Source: Armatimonadota bacterium
GTDB taxonomy: Bacteria; Armatimonadota; Armatimonadia; Armatimonadales; Armatimonadaceae
Length of the DNA: 18,597 nucleotides
Reading direction: 5' to 3'
NCBI GenBank assembly: GCA_043754515.1
Contig: JAYUUO010000024.1
Coordinates: 1-18,597 of the forward strand
The notes below the pieces were generated by a model that was not told where the DNA came from, did not search any database, and saw only the letters and a program-made list of their open reading frames with translations. Made by a program: the position numbers and the translations under genes. This document shows positions 9,230-16,412 of this stretch, piece after piece (within the stretch, counting starts at the first letter, position 1; every line of letters starts with the position of its first letter).

Positions 9230-10362
9230 AGGAGGACTACCTTGCGGAGCAAAGCCGCGTCCATTTGCGCTGTTTTGCCGTCGTACGCGTGGAACAGGTA
9301 CCCCGCAATCGCCTTCGCGCCCTCGTCCACAAACACACGGGTTGCGAAGGCTTTCCGACGCGCTCGCTCGTCCTCGAACTGCCCAACCGTCTCCCGGTCG
9401 AACGCTTCCACGAACGCCCGCACCCGCGCCGCGATGGCGTTCGCCTCGGCCCGCTTCCCCTGATACCGCGCGAAGTGCCCCCGCGCCGTGACCGTGGTCT
9501 CGTAGTCCCAGCCCGCCTTTTGCAGGGCGATGGTCAGGCCCGCCTCGTCCACGATGCCGCCGTCGATCGCGAAGCGGCAGATCGCCTCGTAGGTCATGTG
9601 CCACCGAAGCGCGTGTTGCGCGAAGTACCACGCAGACTTGACCTTGAGCAGAGTCTGACCGTCGCCAGAGCAGACCACGACCCCTTCCGCCTTGTCCCAG
9701 TCTTGTACCAGCGCGAGGATCGCCGACACGCCGCTTACGCCGTCCGCCCAGTCGTACCGCTCGACGATGTGCAAATCGGCTTCCCGCGCCAGCGTCTCCA
9801 GGTCGGCGAGTGCCAGGTAACGCGCCGACTCCTTCTCGTGCAGTGCCGCGCCGAGCAGGATCAAGTCATCCCCGCCCTCGTAGCGCACCACGATCTGGTT
9901 GCCCGCGCCGACATACTCGAACAAGAGCGACCCGTGCGCGAAAAACGCGGGGTCGAGTAACGCCGGATACTTCTCACGCGCCACCGCCTCCGCGAGCGGC
10001 GCGAACTTGCCACCGTCGAACGTGTCGCGGGTGCGGAGCAGGATACGCCCGTCAGCGAGCACCGAGCGGATGATCAGCGAGCCGTCGTGCTTGTGCGTGA
10101 TCACCGCCCGCCCCGCCTCCAGTTCGGCGGCGATACGGGCATCGGTTTCCGCCCACTCGCCCTGGTTGAAGAACTTGGGCCACCCGATTGACGCGACATT
10201 CCCCTCCGCGTCGAAAACCGCCGAGCGGTAGCCGAGTTCGTCCGGCTCCCAGTCGTACTTGCCGCGCGATGGGTGAACCAGCGTATACTCGCCGTCCCCC
10301 TGCGGTTTGGTCATAAATCCCTTGTTGCGTAGTCGGTTGTAGAACGCGTTTAAGTCCGGCAT
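9226..10362 (-). CDS. T4 Rnl1 (RnlA)-family ATP-dependent RNA ligase
   Basis: PKFFN, motif I KHDGS, RTR, motif III FEY, NQIVVRY, motif IV EGVVV, motif V KVKSAWY, helical C-terminal domain. ATG 10362 (378 aa) chosen because the track's start at 10545 overlaps the upstream gene. Confidence 0.88.
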   Translation of the reverse strand: MPDLNAFYNRLRNKGFMTKPQGDGEYTLVHPSRGKYDWEPDELGYRSAVFDAEGNVASIGWPKFFNQGEWAETDARIAAELEAGRAVITHKHDGSLIIRSVLADGRILLRTRDTFDGGKFAPLAEAVAREKYPALLDPAFFAHGSLLFEYVGAGNQIVVRYEGGDDLILLGAALHEKESARYLALADLETLAREADLHIVERYDWADGVSGVSAILALVQDWDKAEGVVVCSGDGQTLLKVKSAWYFAQHALRWHMTYEAICRFAIDGGIVDEAGLTIALQKAGWDYETTVTARGHFARYQGKRAEANAIAARVRAFVEAFDRETVGQFEDERARRKAFATRVFVDEGAKAIAGYLFHAYDGKTAQMDAALLRKVVLL

Positions 10363-10412
10363 CTTCGTGTTATCCCCATCCCATCCGCGTATCGTATCGC
10401 GCTGCGACCCGC

Positions 10413-10997
10413 CTATGATAAAGAGAAGACGAGCCAGAGCGCGAGGCAGGCGGCGATCAGCGCGGGAACGGTGACCGCGACGCCGATCTTCGCCAGTTCG
10501 ACCGGCGAGATCTCCAGGCCGCGCCGCGAAAGGCTCGTGCGCCATAGCATCGTTGCGAGCGACCCGACCACGGTGATATTCGGCCCGAGGTTAACGCCCA
10601 GGATCGCGGCATACAGCGGCGCGTGCCCGTCGTGGCGCACGGCGCTGAGCGCGAGCAGGCACATCAGGATGTTGTTGATCAGGTTTGCGCCGACCGTCGG
10701 GCCGAATGCCACGACGAACACAGAGCCACCGAGCGTGCCGCCCGACGCCGCGTGTATCGCCGCCCAGTCGAAGAAGCCGGACTTATCTACCAGAGCCGAG
10801 ACCGCCATCAGAAAAAGCAGGAAGAGGAGCATGCCGCCCGAGTCCGCAGTGACCGTCCACGCTTCGGCGGGCGAGACGCGCCGGAACAGGAGCATCAGTA
10901 GACCGCCCGCCGCCGCGAACCACGCCTCGTTCAGGCGGAACGGGCGCGTCAAAACGCCGAAGAGGGTTAGCGCGAACAGGAGGATCGTGGTTAGCAT
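10413..10997 (-). pseudogene. ArsB/NhaD-family (IT superfamily) permease with a large in-frame internal deletion (194 aa)
   Basis: ArsB-like N-terminus (RPFRLNEAWFA...SGFFDWAAIHAA) joined directly to an ArsB-like C-terminus (ANLINN...GVNLGPNITVVGSLATMLW). About half the usual length. Confidence 0.7.
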
Positions 10998-11119
10998 CGG
11001 CGAGAGTGCCGCCCGTCATCGCGGCACGGGTTTGTTGCTCACGGAAACACTAAGGGGTTGGGCACCCTCATCCATGTGTGCGAATCACGCGGCACCGGAC
11101 TTGAAACGGTACCCCCCAT

Positions 11120-11797
11120 TCAGGAGGGGGCGTTCGTCTCCTGCGTGAACACGCGTCGGTAGATGCGAGCGAGCGGGATGCTAATTTCGCCCCCGTCCAG
11201 ACCGAGACGGAGTGCTCCCGCTAGCGAGGTGGGGGCGGCGATAATAGCCCACAAACCGTTGTCGAGCTTCTCGTAATGGGTGACGGCGACGCGATCCTGT
11301 TCCACGAGGACGTAATGCAGGAGCGATTCGATGGTCCGGTAGTCTCCAAACTTGTCGGTGCGATCGTCGCGCTCGGTAGACGGGCCGAGTACTTCGACCA
11401 GGACAGTGGGATTACGTAGCGCGTTCAGATGATCGAATTGCGGCTCGCCGCAAACGACGATCAGGTCGGAATAATAGATCGTGCGAGGCGACACGTAGAT
11501 CTTCTGGTCGCTGCCGATCACGTCGCAGGGAGTACTGCCCGTCGTCCTCAACGCCAGAGTGATTTCAAACTGAAGGTCGGCTTGGATCAAGTTGTGTTCG
11601 GGGCTGCTTCCCGCCATTTTTATTGCCTTTCCGGAGACGAGTTGGTATTTATCCCGTGTTCGCTGGTCGAAGGCAAAGTGTTCCTCGTCGGTCATGGTGC
11701 CGACGAGGGCGGAAAGGTCGTAGCGTTGATAGGGCTCCACGGAGCGGACGCGGGTAGGCGCGGGCGCGGTCATTGAGGGGGTGGGGCTGTTGCTCAT
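11120..11797 (-). CDS. Uma2 (DUF820) family PD-(D/E)xK-like endonuclease
   Basis: MAGSSPEHNLI, YYSDLIVVCG, NPTVLVEVLGPSTERDDRTDKF, HYVLVEQD. Start set at 11797 after GGGGGAG, since the track's ATG at 11821 sits inside the -10 box. Confidence 0.88.
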   Translation of the reverse strand: MSNSPTPSMTAPAPTRVRSVEPYQRYDLSALVGTMTDEEHFAFDQRTRDKYQLVSGKAIKMAGSSPEHNLIQADLQFEITLALRTTGSTPCDVIGSDQKIYVSPRTIYYSDLIVVCGEPQFDHLNALRNPTVLVEVLGPSTERDDRTDKFGDYRTIESLLHYVLVEQDRVAVTHYEKLDNGLWAIIAAPTSLAGALRLGLDGGEISIPLARIYRRVFTQETNAPS

Positions 11798-11819
11798 CGG
11801 ATTTCCATCTCCCCCGCTC

Positions 11820-11879
11820 ATTGTAGCACATCGCCGCGTAGCCGATTGAGCCGCTTACACCCCGTGCCTGTGATACACT
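11820..11879. promoter_or_regulatory. Divergent extended -10 promoters
   Basis: Minus strand TGcTACAAT (11828-11820) and plus strand TGaTACACT (11871-11879). Confidence 0.55.
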
Positions 11880-11889
11880 GAATACTCCG

Positions 11890-11976
11890 ATGAACGAGCT
11901 GAACAAGCACCTAAGCCCACGCCTCTTCGACTCGGAACCGGGTACGGCATTAGAGAGCGGTGTCGTAGCCGTATGA
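11890..11976 (+). CDS. Putative 28-aa upstream ORF coupled to the GT29 gene
   Basis: MNELNKHLSPRLFDSEPGTALESGVVAV*. The ATG is 10 nt after TACACT and the stop overlaps the next start (ATGA). Confidence 0.35.
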   Translation: MNELNKHLSPRLFDSEPGTALESGVVAV

Positions 11977-12560
11977 ACACGCCGCCGGGGATCCTGCTCG
12001 TCGGGAATGGTCGGAGCCTCGCTGATCGGAGCGGTCAAGGCGTGATCATTGACTCGTTCGCGGTCGTCGTACGCTTTAACAACTTTGTCACGGCGGGCTT
12101 CGAGGGGTATGTTGGCTCTAAAACCGACTGGTGGGCGCGGGCGGAGAACGACGATGTCGCGCCGCGCTCGGAACACTTTTCGCGCATCCTGCTACGACTC
12201 CAGGGCGAGGACGCGGCCATGTATCAGATGGTCGGGGAGCGACTGGTGCCCGAACTGGAGCGACAACACCCGCGCACGCCGATCGAGGTCATCCCGCGTT
12301 CCGTGTTCACCGAACTGATCACGGAGTACGGGTTCGCCAACGCCCCGTTGACTGGAACGCTCGTGGTCGCGCACCTGCTAAAAACCTACCCACGCGTTCA
12401 CGTCTGCGGCTTCGACAACCTTTCGGGGACCTCGGAAACGTTGCGTCACTATTTCAGCGACGAGAACGTCATCGGCGAGTGGACGACATATCACGAGCCG
12501 AATAAGGAAGCGGCGTACCTGAGTGACCTGATCCGGGCGGGGCGCATCGTGCCGATATAA
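11973..12560 (+). CDS. Glycosyltransferase family 29 (sialyltransferase-like) protein
   Basis: Sialylmotif L-like VGNGRSL...G..IDSFAVVVRFN...FEGYVGSKT, S-like PLTGTLVVAHLL...VHVCGFD, motif III-like HYF, VS-like HEPNKE. Confidence 0.85.
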   Translation: MNTPPGILLVGNGRSLADRSGQGVIIDSFAVVVRFNNFVTAGFEGYVGSKTDWWARAENDDVAPRSEHFSRILLRLQGEDAAMYQMVGERLVPELERQHPRTPIEVIPRSVFTELITEYGFANAPLTGTLVVAHLLKTYPRVHVCGFDNLSGTSETLRHYFSDENVIGEWTTYHEPNKEAAYLSDLIRAGRIVPI

Positions 12561-12748
12561 TCCGAACGCCGGAATGACATGAGCGCAACGCTTTGTCGGG
12601 CGGCGTCCTGGTCGTGTCGGTGCCGCGTTGGAACTCGATCCGCACTCCATCGCATTACCCCTTCGTGAACTTGATGGCGACGATGCTCCCACCTTGCACG
12701 GTTGCCGCGTCGGACGGCATGGCCTTCAGGGTCAGAGGGCGTTTCCAC

Positions 12749-12825
12749 TGCGCCCTCTTGTAGGTCCCTGTCCACGGCGAGCGTGTAGCCCAGTGCGGTT
12801 TTGATGCGACCTACAAGAGGGCGCA
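12749..12825. repeat. Perfect 18-bp inverted repeat with a 41-nt spacer
   Basis: TGCGCCCTCTTGTAGGTC (12749-12766) and GACCTACAAGAGGGCGCA (12808-12825). A further partial copy, AGAGGGCG, lies at 12734-12741. Confidence 0.95.
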
Positions 12826-12830
12826 CCCGC

Positions 12831-12880
12831 CCCATGAGTCCAGTAATTGCGCCGCCCGGCGCAATTACTGGACTCATGGG
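12831..12880. repeat. Perfect 24-bp inverted repeat with a 2-nt spacer
   Basis: CCCATGAGTCCAGTAATTGCGCCG-cc-CGGCGCAATTACTGGACTCATGGG. Confidence 0.97.
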
Positions 12881-13030
12881 AACCGGAACCAGCGGCAAAC
12901 CGACGCGCCCGTTGACCATAATTTTTTCGTGCCACATCCGCTCCCGCGCCTCTTGCTTGGACACTTTGGCGAGATTAAGGGGGAAACAGGAGCATCGCGT
13001 GGTCGTTGTTGACACCGGTCAAGTCGCATA

Positions 13031-13067
13031 AAAATGGTGTCGCCCCGTGTTGGAGCGACACCGTTTT
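13031..13067. terminator. Bidirectional intrinsic terminator
   Basis: AAAATGGTGTCGC-N11-GCGACACCGTTTT: stem flanked by A and T tracts, just downstream of the PEP-CTERM remnant's stop. Confidence 0.7.
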
Positions 13068-13089
13068 GTCATCTGGGGACACCGCTCGC

Positions 13090-13325
13090 CTACCGGGCGA
13101 CGGCGATTCCCCAACGAGAGGCACCCACGCTGACTCTGCGTAGTGCTTGCACTAACGGCAGCGCGAGCGCGGGGAGCAGTAGCGCGAGCGTCCCCGCCTC
13201 CGGCACCGCGACCGCCGCGCCGTTGAACGTGAACTGACGCGGTGCGCTATTGGGCGTGGTGGCTCCGAAAGTGTCCACGTTGCCGAACACAGGTCGTACG
13301 TTCTCGCCACACCGCCAGAGACGCC
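13090..13325 (-). pseudogene. C-terminal remnant of a PEP-CTERM protein, paralogous to 15484-16104
   Basis: GVSGGVARTYDL[frameshift]VFGNVDTFGATTPNSAPRQFTFNGAAVAVPEAGTLALLLPAL. No signal peptide or N-terminus. Confidence 0.7.
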
Positions 13326-13340
13326 TTTTTCCGCGCCATC

Positions 13341-13646
13341 TTATAGCCCGACCTCGCGGCGCAGTTCGTCAACGCTCTGCGGAACGCCGTCGCCGTGCCG
13401 CGACCACTCCAGCGCGGCCAGGAGACGTTCGGCGTTCGCCGGGGAACGGAGCAGGTGCATCGTTTCCAGAATGCTGTCTAGTTCATCCGCCGCGATAAGC
13501 GCAATGTCTTCGTCCGCGCCGTCACGGTGAACAGCATCATTCGTTCCGAATGTGCGAGCGCGCATGATTTCACGGTCTCGTACCACTTTTTCCCACACGG
13601 CGGACAGCACCGACTGCGTTTCAAGTTCAGGATAGGTCACGGTCAT
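13341..13646 (-). CDS. yefM: Phd/YefM-family type II antitoxin, with no intact toxin gene downstream
   Basis: DIALIAADELDSILETMHLLRSPANAERLLAALE is the YefM-type C-terminal signature. ATG 13646 lies 6 nt after TACAAT (13658-13653). Confidence 0.82.
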   Translation of the reverse strand: MTVTYPELETQSVLSAVWEKVVRDREIMRARTFGTNDAVHRDGADEDIALIAADELDSILETMHLLRSPANAERLLAALEWSRHGDGVPQSVDELRREVGL

Positions 13647-13887
13647 GCTGTCATTGTACACGTCCCGCGTTCCTTTCTCCCGCGCTTTTCTCGCCCGCTA
13701 CAGGATTATCTTTTCGCGACGTTGGGCTACGAACTTCGCGGGGTTGAACGCCGCTTCTGCAACCGCCGTTGAAACTGTGTTTCCATGTGGGAAGCCAGGT
13801 GCGTGGTACACGAATCGCGTCATGAACGAGACCGCGTCGCTTCTATATCCGCCGAAGTCTCGCCGCAAGCCCTCCGAAATGACACCG

Positions 13888-15282
13888 TCAAGGGCGCGCC
13901 GAACGCCGAGCCGTCGCTCCACCGGTTGCGCGATTGGCTCGCAAGTGCGCTCGCGGCAACCTGCGCGGGCGTGTAACGCCTGCCGCGAACAGCACCCCAC
14001 CCGCGAGTAGTAGCGCGGCGTTCGCTTCCGGGACGGCGACGGCACCGAGTTGCGTGCCGCTGACATACGCGCCGAGGGTGTACCCCATCGCGCTCGCCGC
14101 CGTGTTATCGAAGCCGAAGTGGATGCCGCCGTAGATGCGGCTCATCCCGGCCTCCGTCGCGGCGTCGGAGAAGCGGCTGAACGTGCGTATGAGTGACGGG
14201 TTGTTGTCAGCCACGGCGGTAAAAGCGAAGGTGTCGGTGCCGACATACGCGGCGAGGACGCTCGCGCCAGCACTGCTGAACAGAGTATGCCCGCTCACAT
14301 AGCAGGGAAAGTTCGGCGTGGTCAGGAGCGGTTCCCAGGCCGCATCGGCGACGGTCGCGGGGTTGCTGTCGGTATCGGCGAGGCGGATCGCGCTGATAGG
14401 TCGCCACTCGCTGTAAGCGTATTTCGCGTCCCACGCGCAGATCGCCGCGTCCGCCATCGCGACATTCATCAGGGCGAAGAGACGGGCGTTTTGCGTCACA
14501 CTGTAGCCTTGCGCCGTCGCCACTGACTGCGCGATTCGGTTCCAGTGTCCCGGCGGGGTCGCCGTGCCGCCGCCGTCCGCCCAGAACCGGGCTAGATCGG
14601 TTTGGTCGGCGGTACGCGCGGCACTGTTTTTCGCCCCCAGTGATTTGACCTCGTTCAGAGCACGTGCATACTCGCTGGAGTCAAGCGTAGGCGGGGCGGT
14701 GGGGCGCAGATCGCTACCACTCCCGAGCGCGAACGGCGTGACCTGGCCCCAGTTCGGCAGCAGTCCGGCGGCGTTCGCGGGCGGCGTCGGTCGCCACGCA
14801 CCTGGTGTGTTCGAGCCGAGGTACGGGGCCGTTGTGATCCCGGAGCCGTCGGCGGCGCGGCGAGTGAGGATCGCATTCGCGCATGTGTCGCCGAGCGCGA
14901 TGCCAGCCGTTTTCGCGCTTCCATCCGGGATCGCGTCCAAGCTTCGTGCGCGTTGCGCGGCGAACGCGGCTTCCTGCGCGGGGTACAGATTTCGCAGAAC
15001 GGTATAGGCGGCTTGCGCGGCGGCGGCAGTGTTCGAAGTGTCCGGGGTAGCTCCCCCGGTGTACACGTAACTCTGGTATCCCCCATCCACGGCGTTTACC
15101 GCGTCGTAAACCGCGAGTTGTGTCATCGCGAGAGCGCGGGATGATACTGGCGGCGGTGAGGACGCGGCGCGGATCGCCCCGAGAGCGATGTTGTTCCAGT
15201 CGGTGATTACATCGGCACGGGCGACGCCCGCACCGGAGACGGCGGCGAGCACGAGCAAAAGTCGTCTGATAGGGAGAGTCAT
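13888..15282 (-). CDS. Vanadium-dependent haloperoxidase / PAP2-superfamily protein with signal peptide and PEP-CTERM anchor
   Basis: Signal peptide (..ARA-DVITDWN), DAKYAYSEWRP, PCYVSGH, SRIYGGIHF, then C-terminal VAVPEAN, a TM helix and basic residues. Confidence 0.88.
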   Translation of the reverse strand: MTLPIRRLLLVLAAVSGAGVARADVITDWNNIALGAIRAASSPPPVSSRALAMTQLAVYDAVNAVDGGYQSYVYTGGATPDTSNTAAAAQAAYTVLRNLYPAQEAAFAAQRARSLDAIPDGSAKTAGIALGDTCANAILTRRAADGSGITTAPYLGSNTPGAWRPTPPANAAGLLPNWGQVTPFALGSGSDLRPTAPPTLDSSEYARALNEVKSLGAKNSAARTADQTDLARFWADGGGTATPPGHWNRIAQSVATAQGYSVTQNARLFALMNVAMADAAICAWDAKYAYSEWRPISAIRLADTDSNPATVADAAWEPLLTTPNFPCYVSGHTLFSSAGASVLAAYVGTDTFAFTAVADNNPSLIRTFSRFSDAATEAGMSRIYGGIHFGFDNTAASAMGYTLGAYVSGTQLGAVAVPEANAALLLAGGVLFAAGVTRPRRLPRAHLRANRATGGATARRSARP

Positions 15283-15405
15283 AAATATGTCATTCCGGGC
15301 GTATAGGAGGTTCCAACACTGTTTATATTATCGGCGACGTGTACCGCAAGCCATACCGCGGATCTGACGGTGCATCTCACGTGTGACTTGATATGACTCG
15401 AGCGA

Positions 15406-15464
15406 ATCCCGGCACGGCTCGGCACCCCCAAATGATTTCAGAGGGTGCCTGGCCGTACCGGGAT
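15406..15464 (-). terminator. Long imperfect hairpin downstream of the PEP-CTERM pseudogene
   Basis: ATCCCGGCACGGCTCGGCACCC ... GGGTGCCTGGCCGTACCGGGAT: 22-nt arms with 3 mismatches. Confidence 0.5.
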
Positions 15465-15483
15465 ATTGCCCACAATGCCTAAC

Positions 15484-16104
15484 CTATGCCGCGCGGCGTC
15501 GCGCAACAACCACCGCGCCAAGTACGCCCAGCGCGGGCAGGATCAGCACGAGGCTCCCGGCTTCCGGAACGGCCACCGGCGCGACGAAGCCGAACTGCCG
15601 TTGGGAGCCATCCCCCGTTCCGCCCTATCCCGCCGCGTTGGCGAGGTACAGGTTGTAGGACGTGTTCGGGACGCCTCCTATTATGCCAGTTACCTTGAAA
15701 GAGTCTGCGTAGGTGTTGTACGGGTTGGTGTTGCCGTAACCTGTGTACGCGAACGACAGACCCGTGCCGATGAAGTTCGCCTCCGCCAGGTTGCGGAGCA
15801 TGATACCTTTAGTGAATGTGCCGCCCGTGAAGTTGAACACGCTAGTAGTACCATCAATGGAGGCAAAGCTCCCGCCGCTGACGCTGGTCGTGCTACCGGT
15901 CGTGTTGGGGTTAATCGTTTTCCCGTTGGAATCCATCCCGATACGGATGGTGTTGTCCTTTTGCGTGTTGTCGTTCGCCGTGTAGGAACCGGAGGGCAGT
16001 TACAGGTCCGCGGCATGAGCAGTGGGGGCGGCAAGAGCGGCGGCGAGCGCGGCGACGCAGAGCGTGGCGACGCGAGTTGTCGAACAGTTGATGCGAGATA
16101 CCAT
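15484..16104 (-). pseudogene. PEP-CTERM surface protein disrupted by a nonsense codon and a frameshift
   Basis: MVSRINCSTTRVATLCVAALAAALAAPTAHAADL*(TAA 16002-16000)LPSGSYTAND...YNLYLANAAG[1-nt frameshift near 15628]IGRNGDGSQRQFGFVAPVAVPEAGSLVLILPALGVLGAVVVARRRAA*. Confidence 0.85.
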
Positions 16105-16412
16105 GGTGACAGTTCTTTCTGTCGCTCCGAGCGATTGCGATACCCTCACCCATCATTTTACCTTCCGTCGGGGGAGTGGTGAAGGGCGACAGCAAGAGGT
16201 CCCACTAGATTGTCTGCTTATACTGCAAAATATCCGGGGCGAGATATTATATTTTCGGCGTTACCAGGAAAGCAGGTTTGAAGGGTGTCGTGAACTGGTC
16301 CGGTGGTGTGGAAGGGAGAAGCGAACGCAACTGTAAATCGCGGTGAGTTTACCACACGTCCGTGGGTGGCTTTGAAGTGGAAGTGCCTGACCGCAGTACT
16401 CCCGTTTACAGA

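Larger units (their letters stand above)
12600..12950 (-). pseudogene. Probable degraded hypothetical gene; boundaries approximate
   Basis: Protein-like segments in two frames (..GLMGRVRPLVGRIKTALGYTLAVDRDL / WKRPLTLKAMP..IVAIKFTKG*CDGVRIEFQRG) with a frame switch near 12750-12766 and an in-frame TAA at 12657-12655. Family resemblance is from memory only. Confidence 0.35.

Noticed and set aside
9230..9631. N-terminal extension of the Nudix ORF as a real overlapping coding region
   Set aside because: Low-complexity alternative frame inside the ligase gene; the GTGA overlap gives a natural start.
12734..12880. CRISPR array or IS terminal repeats
   Set aside because: No direct repeat-spacer periodicity, no cas or transposase gene, and no evident target-site duplication.
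13698..13887. Tail of the 122-aa ORF (FVYHAPGFPHGN) as a Fic toxin or hydrolase fragment
   Set aside because: It does not match HPFxxGNGR, has no credible start, and the ORF overlaps the haloperoxidase gene. It may be a remnant but cannot be assigned.
16105..16200. Structured leader of the PEP-CTERM pseudogene as a c-di-GMP riboswitch
   Set aside because: Short hairpins are present but the GEMM consensus elements are not recognisable.
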